Assembly: GCA_046050355.1 (NCBI GenBank)
Contig: JBJOPW010000005.1
Location: 2,503 to 66,502, forward strand
Length of the DNA stretch: 64,000 nucleotides
Reading direction: 5' to 3'
DNA from: Candidatus Parcubacteria bacterium
Lineage (GTDB): Bacteria > Patescibacteriota > Minisyncoccia > Phycocordibacterales > UBA918
Under the pieces are notes generated by a model. It was not told the origin of the DNA. It did no database searches and saw only the letters and a list, made by a program, of their open reading frames with translations. Numbering within the stretch: position 1 is the first letter of the stretch; every line of letters begins with the position of its first letter. This document shows positions 46,942 through 56,791 of this stretch, piece after piece. The position numbers and the translations under genes were made by a program.

Positions 46942-48397
46942 GGAATTAATCCACGACCAGCTTCCGCTAGCCGTGCCTTGTTACGACTTACTCCCTGTCA
47001 TCGAGCTTACCGTAGGACCAGATAAACTGGCACTTCGGGCACTCCCGACTCCCTTGAGTTGACGGGCGGTGAGTACAAGGCTCGGGAACGTATTCACCGT
47101 GACGATGCTGATTCACGATTACTAGCGATTCCGACTTCATGAGGTCGAGTTGCAGACCTCAATCCGAATTGAGGATGGTTTTGGGGATTTGCTCCACCTT
47201 ACGGTATTGCGTCCCATTGTACCACCCATTGTATCACGTGTGCAGCCCAAGGCATCAAGGGACATGCTGACCTGGCGTCATCCTCACCTTCCTCTCCCGT
47301 GAGGGAGCAGTCTCGCCTGACACTTGTAACAGGCAACGAGGGTTGCGTTCGTTTCCCCACTTAAGGGAACAGCTCAAGCCACGAACTGACGACGGCCATG
47401 CATCACCTGCTATACACCCTCGAAGGCTTCCCGAGTTTCCCCGGGCGTGCAGTATAGTTTCTAGCCTTGGTAAGGTTTTTCGCTTAGCTACGAATTAAGC
47501 CACATGATCCACCGCTTGTGCGAGCCCCCGTCTATTCCTTTGAGTTTTAAGCTTGCGCTCGTACTACCCAGGCGGTCTGTTTAACGTGTTAACTTCGCCA
47601 CAGAGAGGGTCGATACTCCCTATAGCCAACAGACAGCGTTTAGGGCGTGGACTACGCGGGTATCTAATCCGCTTCGCTACCCACGCTTTCGTGCCTCAGC
47701 GTCAATAGAGTCCCAGCAAGCTGCCTTCGCATTTGGTATTCCCCTCGATATCAACGGATTTCACCCCTACACCGAGAGTTCTGCTTGCCTCTGACTTATT
47801 CTAGTTATACCGTTTCGGATGCGATTCCGGGGTTGAGCCCCGGGATTTAACACCCGACTAATATAACCGCCTACGCACCCTTTACGCCCAGTAAATCCGG
47901 ATAATGCTTGGGGCCTCTGTATTACCGCTCCTGCTGGCACAGAGTTGGGAGCCCCTTATTCATGAGGTAACGTCAATAAACTTCCTCCCTCATAAAAGGT
48001 GTTTACGTCCCGAGGGACTTCATCCACCACGCGGCGTCGCTCCGTCAGACTTTCGTCCATTGCGGAAGATTCTCGACTGCAGCCTCCCGTAGGAGTATGG
48101 ACCGTGTCGCAGTTCCATCGGTGGGGGTCAGGCTCTCACCTCCCCTAGCCGTCGTAGCCTTGGTAAGCCGTTACCTTACCAACAAGCTGATAGCCCGCAG
48201 GCCGTTCCAAGAGCGATAAATCTTTACCCCGAAGGGACCATCAAGTATTATTCGACCTTTCGGCCGGTTATCCCTGACTCTTGGGTACGTACCTACGTGT
48301 TCCTACCTCGTCTGCCATGAATCTAAATTCATTCGACTTGCATGCCTCATCCACGCCGCCAGCATTCATCCTGAGCTAGGATCAAACTCTAATTAAA
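46942..48397 (-). rRNA. rrs: 16S rRNA, unlinked from 23S, no large insertion seen; ends approximate
   Basis: AGAGTTTGATCCTAGCTCAG (from 48390), GTGCCAGCAGGAGCGGTAA, ATTAGATACCC and AAGTCGTAACAAGG. The complementary flanks tcttttgtcttatcctt (~46780) and aaggataagacaaaaga (~48491) form a processing stem. Confidence 0.98.
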
Positions 48398-48853
48398 GAC
48401 AGGTACTAGATGTAAACATCTATGTATCTGCGCCGGAGAATATAGTGTCGCGTGTACTTATGTCGCGACGATTCAACCGACTATTTACCTAAGGATAAGA
48501 CAAAAGAATATTCGATATTCGATTGCCTTATTGTGCTGACCCCGTTAGAAGATAATGTCGAAAGTAACTAAGTTACCAGATAACCACGCAATGATGCGTA
48601 TGCCCTTCTAACGGGGCTGATGCATACCATTGTTCACATTTTAAAAAACATGAAAAATAATATACGTACCTACTACTGTTTGGGACAGTAGTAAGTGATA
48701 TTGACCAACCGTATTTCAGACTGATGCTCACAAACAAATCCCCGAACCAGAGGTTCAGATGCTTCTTCGTGAGGTTGTCAACAAACAGTGTCCCCTTTGA
48801 AAGCGCTAGCCTTCAAAGAAGGCTTAGAATTACTTCCAACGAACAGTGCGAGC

Positions 48854-48881
48854 ATTATACAGATATTGAAAATAAATGCAA
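48854..48881 (-). promoter_or_regulatory. rRNA promoter
   Basis: TTGCAT-N16-TATAAT about 460 nt upstream of the 16S gene. Confidence 0.7.
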
Positions 48882-48939
48882 GCGTTTCATGGGCAATACC
48901 CTAACTAGCCACAAGGACTAGCGTATCTCCAGACAAAAA

Positions 48940-48968
48940 ATCCCCCCGAGTGGTGTTTCGGGGGAATC
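48940..48968 (-). terminator. Terminator after the lipoprotein gene
   Basis: atccccccga...tcgggggaat imperfect stem followed by a T-run on the minus strand. Confidence 0.55.
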
Positions 48969-49011
48969 TCATTATTATCCGGAGTGCGAATTATTCGCGC
49001 CGCTGAATAGA

Positions 49012-49533
49012 TCAGTAACCGCCGCAGCCCGGGAACCAGACCTTCTTGCCACCATGCCGCACGCCGGCCTGGCAGTTCTTGATCTGCGTCCACTGGTTGA
49101 CGTCCACCGACTGCTCGATCTCGTTCCAGTTGATCGCGGTGGCGTCGCCACCTTCGGCAATCGCCACACCTCCCTGACCGCCCTCGGCCACATTGGTGTT
49201 GTTGATATTGGTGACGGCAGGCTTCGTCGCCTTGGCCGCGCTGATCATGCCGCTGGCGGTCACACCCGCTTCACCGAGCGGCACCAGTTGCTCGACCGGC
49301 GTTGCCCCTGCCGCATAGGCCACGATCTCCACTTCTCCGGTCTGCGGGTTGTAGTTGAAGACCATCGTCGACGAAGGCGCCATCGGATTTGACGCATCAG
49401 TGACAATCGTAGCCCTGTCGACAGTCTGGCCGCTGTTCGGGTCCTCGAAATCGATCGTATGTGCCTGTGGTCCGCAGGCGCTGAGACCTGCGACCAGCAT
49501 CAGGCCCAAAACCCACTTGAAAACTTTCATCAT
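49012..49533 (-). CDS. GC-rich predicted lipoprotein
   Basis: Lipobox LSAC after a hydrophobic signal; GGAGAAG upstream; promoter TTGACA-N16-TAAAAT at 49624-49651. Confidence 0.8.
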   Translation of the reverse strand: MMKVFKWVLGLMLVAGLSACGPQAHTIDFEDPNSGQTVDRATIVTDASNPMAPSSTMVFNYNPQTGEVEIVAYAAGATPVEQLVPLGEAGVTASGMISAAKATKPAVTNINNTNVAEGGQGGVAIAEGGDATAINWNEIEQSVDVNQWTQIKNCQAGVRHGGKKVWFPGCGGY

Positions 49534-49753
49534 TGTACTTCTCCATGTTTGAGCCCCGGTGGGGCTCGGTTTATGCCCCCAGGCTCGCCGACCAGCGTCA
49601 GTGCGGGTCGGGAACTGTCTTGTATTTTACATAAAATATTATAAATGTCAATACCACATGATACAATGCTTATACACCCCAATCGACTGCGAGAGCCTTG
49701 GTATGACCTAGTACTGTTTGACCTGATTTGGCATGTGGTACGATAGATACCGT

Positions 49754-50344
49754 ATGGTACAAACCTCCCTCCTCTTTTTGCTCGAGTGCTTACCGATGGT
49801 TGTTTTTTATCTTGCTAGCTATGCTTATGATTTCATCACCTCCACTCTCTTGTACGTCTGCGCTACCATCCTCGTAACCGCCATAATGATTTTTTACCAC
49901 CGCCGGTTACCTGCCTTATCCCTCATTTTTGGCTTTTTTGTGATTGTTGCCGGTATCTTGACGTACCTGACCGACAATCCAGACATCATTATTCTATCCG
50001 ATACAATTTACTTCTTTTTTGGAGCGTGGCTCTTCTACCGGAGTTTAGGCTGGTCACGACCACTTCTTCACCGCCTCTTTGGGCACACCTTTGATCTGCT
50101 GCCCGCTGGTTGGCGCCTCCTTACGTGGTGTTGGATTACGATTTTTTTGGTCGCTGGTATCTCAAATGAGATCGTCCGTCACACCATGACCCCAGAGTGG
50201 TGGATTGGCTTCCAGTTTTGGCGGTCAGTACTCATTACGCTATTTGCCTTTTGTCTCTTCCCAATTTGTCGACGCTTCCGCAATCCGCACACAACTAGCG
50301 ACTGGGGTATTCTCGTCACGCCAGATACGGCCAAGAATAATTAA
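49754..50344 (+). CDS. Intracellular septation protein A (YciB/IspZ)-like membrane protein
   Basis: LECLPMVVFY, GWRLLTWCWITIF..SNEIVR..EWWIGF motifs. Start MVQTS follows TGGTACGAT. Confidence 0.8.
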   Translation: MVQTSLLFLLECLPMVVFYLASYAYDFITSTLLYVCATILVTAIMIFYHRRLPALSLIFGFFVIVAGILTYLTDNPDIIILSDTIYFFFGAWLFYRSLGWSRPLLHRLFGHTFDLLPAGWRLLTWCWITIFLVAGISNEIVRHTMTPEWWIGFQFWRSVLITLFAFCLFPICRRFRNPHTTSDWGILVTPDTAKNN

Positions 50345-50542
50345 TGGTGGTCAAGCACACCAGACAACCAGCGACTATAACCAAACCGTCTCTTAAGTAT
50401 GAGTCTTTTTGGTTTATCCGGCCCGGTATAGTCATTAAGAATGACTACTGTGCCTATGATATTGAATTTATTTGGGTAGACCTGTTCCCACAAACAGTGG
50501 CTGGGTTTACAAGCCCCATCAGTCCCGTACAATAGGAGAGTT

Positions 50543-51241
50543 ATGATCACAACCGAAACTGTAGTTATGTCTGTGGGCGGATCATTAATTGTTCCAGAGA
50601 CCATCGACACCAAGTTCCTCACTGAACTCAAATCCCTTATTACTAATGAAGCGGCCCAGAGTGGTCGTCGTTTTATTATCATTGCTGGCGGTGGCAAGAC
50701 GGCTCGGCGCTACCAAGAGGCGGCAGCTGAAGTGACCGACCTCACTCGCGACGACCTTGATTGGCTCGGTATTCACTCGACTCACCTCAATGGTCACCTC
50801 CTGCGTACTATCTTCCGTGATATTGCCTACCACATCATGATTAAGAACCCAGACGAAGTCCTTGATGTGCCCGAGCAGTACCGGGTGATTATTGCCGCTG
50901 GCTACCGCCCGGGCTGCTCGACCGACCTCCGGGCGGTGCAGATCGCCGAGAAGATTGGCGCCAAGACCGTCATCAACCTTTCAAATACTGACTACGTCTA
51001 CACCGACAACCCACACACAAACCCAGACGCCAAGAAGATCGAGGACATCACCTGGGCCGAATTCCGCCAGATTATTCCTGAAGAATGGGCACCAGGCTTA
51101 TCGACCCCGTTTGACCCAGTCGCTGCCAAAGTCGCCGAACGTGATGGGATTGAGGTCGCGCAGCTCAATGGCCTTTCGCTCGACTGTCTCAGTGATTATC
51201 TCGCCGGCCGACCATTCATCGGCACCCGGATTCACAATTAG
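50543..51241 (+). CDS. pyrH: UMP kinase (archaeal-type)
   Basis: MSVGGS, IIAGGGKTARRYQ, DWLGIHSTHLNG, PGCSTD and PFDPVAAK motifs. Confidence 0.92.
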   Translation: MITTETVVMSVGGSLIVPETIDTKFLTELKSLITNEAAQSGRRFIIIAGGGKTARRYQEAAAEVTDLTRDDLDWLGIHSTHLNGHLLRTIFRDIAYHIMIKNPDEVLDVPEQYRVIIAAGYRPGCSTDLRAVQIAEKIGAKTVINLSNTDYVYTDNPHTNPDAKKIEDITWAEFRQIIPEEWAPGLSTPFDPVAAKVAERDGIEVAQLNGLSLDCLSDYLAGRPFIGTRIHN

Positions 51242-51251
51242 AGATTGTAAA

Positions 51252-51286
51252 ACAAAAGACCGGCGCCAAAGGCGCCGGTCTTTTGT
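51252..51286. terminator. Bidirectional terminator
   Basis: acaaaagaccggcgcc-aaa-ggcgccggtcttttgt between convergent genes. Confidence 0.85.
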
Positions 51287-51295
51287 ATCTTCGTA

Positions 51296-51778
51296 TTAGT
51301 TACTACTACCGTCTGCTGAACTTCCGTCAGTTGATGCAGCGTCAGGAGTCTTCTCTGCAGCAGGCGCGGTATCAGTCGCAACTGGTGCCGCAGCAGCCGC
51401 TGCTGGTGCAGTAGCAGCTGGAGCTGTTGGAGCTACACCAACCACCTTTGGTACAGCAGGAACACCATACTGATTGACGACAGGATCAGTCTTTGTCGCG
51501 AGCCAGACAATCAAGATAATCCACCCAACGATTGGAATAAAGCCGAGGAGCAACCACCAACCACTCTTCCCCGTATCATGCAGTCGACGAGCGCCCAAGC
51601 CAAGACTCGGCAACAAGAGACCAAGGGACACGAGCATCGAAATCATATCAAGACGCACGATATCAAGCGCTATTTGAATCAAGACTGAAATAAGCACAAA
51701 CATCCAGTACTCCTGCCGTCCCACTCGTCCTTCAAAATCAGCATAGTGCTTTGTAATTGGATCTAAAAACCAGTGCAT
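51296..51778 (-). CDS. DUF805 membrane protein with an Ala/Pro-rich tail
   Basis: YADFEGRVGRQEYWMF, RRLHDTGKSGWW and NQYG motifs. Confidence 0.92.
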   Translation of the reverse strand: MHWFLDPITKHYADFEGRVGRQEYWMFVLISVLIQIALDIVRLDMISMLVSLGLLLPSLGLGARRLHDTGKSGWWLLLGFIPIVGWIILIVWLATKTDPVVNQYGVPAVPKVVGVAPTAPAATAPAAAAAAPVATDTAPAAEKTPDAASTDGSSADGSSN

Positions 51779-51782
51779 ATCA

Positions 51783-52334
51783 CTAAATATATTTTTGTAT
51801 AAATACGTCCACCGCTGCCTCTAATTCCTCTATTGTACCATCGTTCATGATGGTGTAATCGGCCGTTGCCATGACTTTGGCTTTTTGTTGTGCGCCAGGA
51901 TCTGTATTCTCCATTTCAGCCGCTTCTTGCACTTTAAACTGCTCAAAGGTGACATAATCACTGACCGAACGACGGGCTTGTACTCGCTCATATCGCACAA
52001 GTACATCAGCATCGACTGCCAGGAGTATACCCCCAACACTTCGCAAATAGTCTGCTTCTGCTGGTACACGAACCGATTCAATGACAATTTTGTTTTTGTT
52101 TTCATCACAGGCACGTTCGTAGGCAATCCGAACCATAGCTTCATTTCCATATTGCGCTCGGAGCGCATTGCCAGTTAAACGCATTTGATTACGATCGACT
52201 GGTAGCCCAAGTCGTTCTATTTCTCTAACTATTGAATCCCTGACTGAATAATGTGTGAAGCCGTGTTTTTCAACCAGACAGGTTACTACCGAACCCTTTC
52301 CTGACCCATCAGTACCCGTGATACCAATAATCAT
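51783..52334 (-). CDS. P-loop nucleotide kinase (AAA_17/dephospho-CoA-kinase-like)
   Basis: IGITGTDGSGKG, VIESVR..E and ADYTIMNDGT motifs. Confidence 0.8.
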   Translation of the reverse strand: MIIGITGTDGSGKGSVVTCLVEKHGFTHYSVRDSIVREIERLGLPVDRNQMRLTGNALRAQYGNEAMVRIAYERACDENKNKIVIESVRVPAEADYLRSVGGILLAVDADVLVRYERVQARRSVSDYVTFEQFKVQEAAEMENTDPGAQQKAKVMATADYTIMNDGTIEELEAAVDVFIQKYI

Positions 52335-52337
52335 AAA

Positions 52338-53318
52338 CTATTTTGGATTAACTACTTCCCGCTTCGCCTGCCAATCAGCGTAGGCGACCAAGAGTGGACT
52401 CGCAATAAAGATTGACGAGTAGGCACCGGCAAACACACCCGCAATAAGGACGAGGGCAAAGGTCTGCGTCACCACACTCCCAAAGAAGTAGAGTGCAAGC
52501 AATGCAAAGAGTACCGTCAGTGACGTATTGATAGAACGAGGCATGGTCTCAGACACCGCTTCACCCACCAAGTCGGCAAACGGTCGATTGAGGGTGTAGG
52601 TCACCTCATCATGTTCAATCCCGCCCGGCTCGACAATCTTCTTACGATACTCGGTACGGTTACCGACCAGTTTTTCTCGGACGCGGTCAAAGATCACAAT
52701 CGTATCATTCACCGAGTACCCTAGAATCGTGAGGAGTGCGGTCACAAACAGTACATCGACCTCGAGCCCCATAAAGTGCCCAAGAAGAGACATCACCGCA
52801 ATTGGGACGAGGATGTCGTGAAAAAGTACCAAAACTGTCATCGTCCCGTAAATCCAAGAACTAACCGGCATCCCAATTCCCACAAACGCAAAGGCCACAT
52901 ACACAATAGTCACTATAAGGACCGCACCAATCGCCCAATACGCCTTACTCTTCATTTCTTCACCGATCACTGGACCAACTGAGGTGGTACGGATGACTGA
53001 AGCATCGCTACCAATCTTTGTTAGCTTTTCGCTTAGGTCTTTTTGCTCCGCTACCGAAAGTGTCCGAGTAGTCACAATGTAGCTACTACCAAACTCCCCT
53101 GCTGATTCACGGATAGCACTATTTGGTAGTCCAGTTTCACCAAGCACCCCTTCAACCGCGCTCTTCTCCGGCATGGTACCGTAGCGAACTTCAGTCAAGG
53201 TACCGCCGGTAAAGTCGATACTCGGTTTGAGTCCAAAAGTAGCAACGATGAGACCCGCGGTCAGCACAATGAGCGCCCCAATAGCGAGGAACAACTTTCG
53301 ATTTCGAATGATTGGCAT
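52338..53318 (-). CDS. secF: Protein translocase subunit SecF
   Basis: SIDFTGG, LTILGYSVNDTIVIFDRVRE and RSINTS motifs. Confidence 0.96.
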   Translation of the reverse strand: MPIIRNRKLFLAIGALIVLTAGLIVATFGLKPSIDFTGGTLTEVRYGTMPEKSAVEGVLGETGLPNSAIRESAGEFGSSYIVTTRTLSVAEQKDLSEKLTKIGSDASVIRTTSVGPVIGEEMKSKAYWAIGAVLIVTIVYVAFAFVGIGMPVSSWIYGTMTVLVLFHDILVPIAVMSLLGHFMGLEVDVLFVTALLTILGYSVNDTIVIFDRVREKLVGNRTEYRKKIVEPGGIEHDEVTYTLNRPFADLVGEAVSETMPRSINTSLTVLFALLALYFFGSVVTQTFALVLIAGVFAGAYSSIFIASPLLVAYADWQAKREVVNPK

Positions 53319-53319
53319 A

Positions 53320-54771
53320 TTATTTTTTGATTAAACCAGTACCGAGTAATAATGGCCAGATACCTTTGTCTGCTCGCTTCACATCAGGGAGTGCGATGAG
53401 AAAGGTACGCGTAAGGACAATCGCAGACATCACTGAGATGATGATACCGATACCAAGTACCAAGGCAAAACCTTTGATCATCGCTGTACCAAACCAAAAC
53501 AGAATCACGGCTGAAATGAGCCCAGTGACGTTACCATCACGAATCGCTCCCCACGCCCGAGTGAAGCCTTCAGTCGCCGCTTCGCGACTACCCTTACCGC
53601 TGCGGAATTCTTCTTTCATACGTTCAAACACGAGCACGTTCGCATCCACCGCCATACCAAGTGAAAGTACAAAGCCGGCGAGACCAGCCGCCGTGAGGGT
53701 GACGGGGATGAGCTGGAAGATAGCGAGGTTCATAAGGATATAGAGGAGAAGGGCGACCGCTGCAATTAACCCTGGCACGCGATACCAGGCCACCAAGAAG
53801 AGAGCAATGATAGCAAAGCCGGCGAGACCAGCGGTAATACTCTGATTAATGACCCCAGCGCCAAGAGTAGCGTCGATAGTCTGTGTGCTCTCAAGATTAA
53901 TCGGGACAGGTAAAGCACCAAAATTAAGATTCTGAGCCAATTCCCGAGCTTCATCTGGAGTAAATCCACCAGAGATTGTTGCTCGTCCACCAGAGATGGC
54001 TTCATTAATACGCGGAGCGGAAATAATTTCCCCATCGAGGAAAATCGCCAATTGTTCACCAACATTATCGCGGGTGATTTCTTCAAAGAGCTTGCCTCCC
54101 TCATCAGTAAAAGTAATAGCGACAAGCGGTTCATTCGCGAGCTGGCCCGACTGACCACCAGCAAATTCAAGAGCGGCACTCGCAAGGTAGCGTCCAGTCA
54201 AGCCTGTATCCGTGTACGGATTCATCGCATCAACCGATTCACCATTGAGTTTTACATTATCAATCATGACACCAGTACCAGAAGCATTCTGCCGCAAAGT
54301 CTCCGCCTGTTCGGCTGCAATGACCGCTTTGGCATCCATAAGCTTAAATTCCAGGAGTGGTGTACGACCGATTTCCGCTACGGCCGCCTCGACATCAGTC
54401 ACCCCAGGGAGTTCAACCACCAGTCGATGACTCTTTTCTTCGGCAGCAAAACTACTCTCTTCAACCTGAATAATTGGTTCTGATACACCAAAGACGTTGA
54501 TACGACGCTCAATCACATCGCGGAGAACCGCCATGAGCTCTGGCACTTCAGCGGGATCAATTTTGCTCACGTCTGCCTCGTAGACGAGATGACTACCTCC
54601 GGCCAGATCAAGCCCGAGTTTGAATGGAAACTTAGCCTCTGGTGCGGTGGCATTGTGCCATACGAAGTAGCCAATGAGTGCACCAAGCACCAGCACAATC
54701 ACTGCTCGAAATACCCGAATGAAGGCTTCAACTTGGGGTGAAGTCTCTTTTGTTTCTGTCTGTGAAGCCAT
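53320..54771 (-). CDS. secD: Protein translocase subunit SecD
   Basis: LGLDLAGG, GALPV, GMAVDANVLVFERMKEE and IRDGNVT motifs. Confidence 0.96.
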   Translation of the reverse strand: MASQTETKETSPQVEAFIRVFRAVIVLVLGALIGYFVWHNATAPEAKFPFKLGLDLAGGSHLVYEADVSKIDPAEVPELMAVLRDVIERRINVFGVSEPIIQVEESSFAAEEKSHRLVVELPGVTDVEAAVAEIGRTPLLEFKLMDAKAVIAAEQAETLRQNASGTGVMIDNVKLNGESVDAMNPYTDTGLTGRYLASAALEFAGGQSGQLANEPLVAITFTDEGGKLFEEITRDNVGEQLAIFLDGEIISAPRINEAISGGRATISGGFTPDEARELAQNLNFGALPVPINLESTQTIDATLGAGVINQSITAGLAGFAIIALFLVAWYRVPGLIAAVALLLYILMNLAIFQLIPVTLTAAGLAGFVLSLGMAVDANVLVFERMKEEFRSGKGSREAATEGFTRAWGAIRDGNVTGLISAVILFWFGTAMIKGFALVLGIGIIISVMSAIVLTRTFLIALPDVKRADKGIWPLLLGTGLIKK

Positions 54772-54815
54772 AAATCAACCTTACAAAATAATAGATGTTA
54801 TAGCACGAAATTACC

Positions 54816-55613
54816 TTAACTTCTATGCTGTTTGGCTAAATAGAGCACGTTTTTAAGGAGTATGGCAATAGTAAGTGGTCCAATGCCACCTGGGACCGGA
54901 GTAAAAATAGCAGCTTTATCGGCGACACCCTGATCAGCATCCCCAACGAGCATGCCCCCTTCTTCTGAAGTCCCCCCATCAAATACTACCACTCCCGTTT
55001 TCACCATCGCTGGTGTCAACAGCCCGGGCGAGCCAGCGCCCAGTACGATAATATCGGCGTCTTTAGTAGCATCAAGATTATTCGACTCCTTAGTCACAAC
55101 TGTAACCGTAGCACCGAGTGCTTCTGCATACATCGCTACCGGCGCTCCCACCAGACGTCCTTTGCCAATGATGACAACTGATTTTCCTTTCCAATCAATA
55201 TCATGAACACGACTGATTTCGGCAATAGCTCCAACTACCGGTGGCAACATGCCATCAACATGACCGTCGTAATGCGTCACATCAACATCCAAATCAGCTG
55301 GAATCAATGGGATTAAGTCGGCAGTGGCGAGATGAGGGAACGGGAACTGAATAATAATCCCGTCACTCTCGTTCGCATATTGGTTGATAGCCGCTGCCAC
55401 CTGATCGAGCGTTACCTCACGTGACAGCTCAATTACGCGGATTGAGACACCGGCTTCTTTCGCTCGCTTCACCTTGAGATCAAGAAACTTCTTAGTTTCA
55501 AAATTGGGGGCACAGGTAAAAACGGTCAAAAGTGGCATTTCTGACATGGTTGCTGTGTGTCGTTTGATGTCAGCTACAATCGAGGTTGCGAGTGCCCGGC
55601 CGTCTACATACAT
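54816..55613 (-). CDS. folD: Methylene-THF dehydrogenase/cyclohydrolase
   Basis: MYVDGRALA, GIIIQFP, DVD, VGAP and TPVPGGIGPLTIAILLKN motifs. Start reassigned. Confidence 0.92.
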   Translation of the reverse strand: MYVDGRALATSIVADIKRHTATMSEMPLLTVFTCAPNFETKKFLDLKVKRAKEAGVSIRVIELSREVTLDQVAAAINQYANESDGIIIQFPFPHLATADLIPLIPADLDVDVTHYDGHVDGMLPPVVGAIAEISRVHDIDWKGKSVVIIGKGRLVGAPVAMYAEALGATVTVVTKESNNLDATKDADIIVLGAGSPGLLTPAMVKTGVVVFDGGTSEEGGMLVGDADQGVADKAAIFTPVPGGIGPLTIAILLKNVLYLAKQHRS

Positions 55614-55632
55614 ATGCCGGTGAGTATACCAC

Positions 55633-55668
55633 AAAATCAAAACCGACCAGCTGGTCGGTTTTGATTTT
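55633..55668. terminator. Perfect 36-bp palindrome (terminator and/or operator)
   Basis: aaaatcaaaaccgaccag|ctggtcggttttgatttt. Confidence 0.65.
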
Positions 55669-56742
55669 TTATTGGGGTTTAGAACGTCGCAACGTCTCTG
55701 GCACATACGACTCGTAACGACCGTCAGTGTACTGAAAGGCATCTTTGCTCGTGTACTTACATTCATACACAGTTGCCAGTTTCGCCCCACTCATGACAAC
55801 TGGATACGAGTAGAAACGCCATGAACCAGGACAAGTTGGGACCTTACCACGCGTCGTATGCCAGAAAAAGAAGAAAGCAATGCGCGCCATCCATGGGTGG
55901 ATAGGTAAGATACGCTTCCCTACCGCTGCGGCCATATCTCGAGCAAACACGGGTTCACTTTCTGGCGTAATGTTGAACACCACATAATCCTGACTAAACG
56001 GCTCAAAGGTGAACTTGGTGACGATATCATTCACATCGTCTTCGTGAATAAATTGACGGACCCAGAGCTTCGTCGCTGGTACAAAAGCGGTGAGCGAGGT
56101 TACAAGCCGGTACGCAAAACCACCCTTAAGGTTGCCCTGAAGCGCAGACTGGAGACCGAAGCGATTACGCATGTAGCGACCGCGCGGTCCGGTTATGGCC
56201 GCCGGCCTGACCACAAATACTTGCGGCACTGGCTTCCCTCCTGCTTTACGTTCATCAAATAAGGTCTTAAGGCGTTCTTCGGTAACCTTCTTTTCTTTGG
56301 CATAGATGTAGTCGTCATCACGGAAGCCTTCGAGCTCAGTGAAGCGATGCTCGGTGGTGTTGTTCGATCGAGCACTGTACGAAGAAGCGGTTGAAAAATA
56401 GATGAGTTTTTCCACCGAATCAGTATTCATCGCAAATTGAAAGATTTTGTCTGATCCTTCGACGTTCCAACGCCATTCTTCTTTGGCCTGGCCATACATG
56501 GCGCGAATCTGCCAAGCAGTATGTATAACCGTAGTTGGCTTCATGGCCGCCACTTGTTCTTGCCAACCATCATCGGCCATGTTGTGTTGAATATAGGTGA
56601 CTTTGGGAATTGATTTTGAAAACTCTGACTGTGGTTCTTTGTCCAAAGTGACAATCGCCGCGACATCGTCGCGCTTACTCATCTGATCACAGAGCATCTC
56701 GCCGACATATCCGGCACCGCCAACAATAAAAATGGTTTGCAT
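55669..56742 (-). CDS. NAD-dependent epimerase/dehydratase family
   Basis: VGGAGYVG, FSTASSY, YAKEK and QFIHEDD motifs. Confidence 0.88.
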   Translation of the reverse strand: MQTIFIVGGAGYVGEMLCDQMSKRDDVAAIVTLDKEPQSEFSKSIPKVTYIQHNMADDGWQEQVAAMKPTTVIHTAWQIRAMYGQAKEEWRWNVEGSDKIFQFAMNTDSVEKLIYFSTASSYSARSNNTTEHRFTELEGFRDDDYIYAKEKKVTEERLKTLFDERKAGGKPVPQVFVVRPAAITGPRGRYMRNRFGLQSALQGNLKGGFAYRLVTSLTAFVPATKLWVRQFIHEDDVNDIVTKFTFEPFSQDYVVFNITPESEPVFARDMAAAVGKRILPIHPWMARIAFFFFWHTTRGKVPTCPGSWRFYSYPVVMSGAKLATVYECKYTSKDAFQYTDGRYESYVPETLRRSKPQ

Positions 56743-56791
56743 ACGTATGAGCTACAGTATAGCAAACTACCGGAAGAACTGAATAGTTACA

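Noticed and set aside
47904-48092. 62-aa ORF or possible 16S insertion
   Set aside because: It lies antisense within conserved 16S sequence, and the gene length (~1.45 kb) leaves no room for an intron.
50344-50535. 63-aa ORF coupled by TAATG to the septation gene
   Set aside because: It has no motif and overlaps the pyrH -10 box, so support is insufficient.
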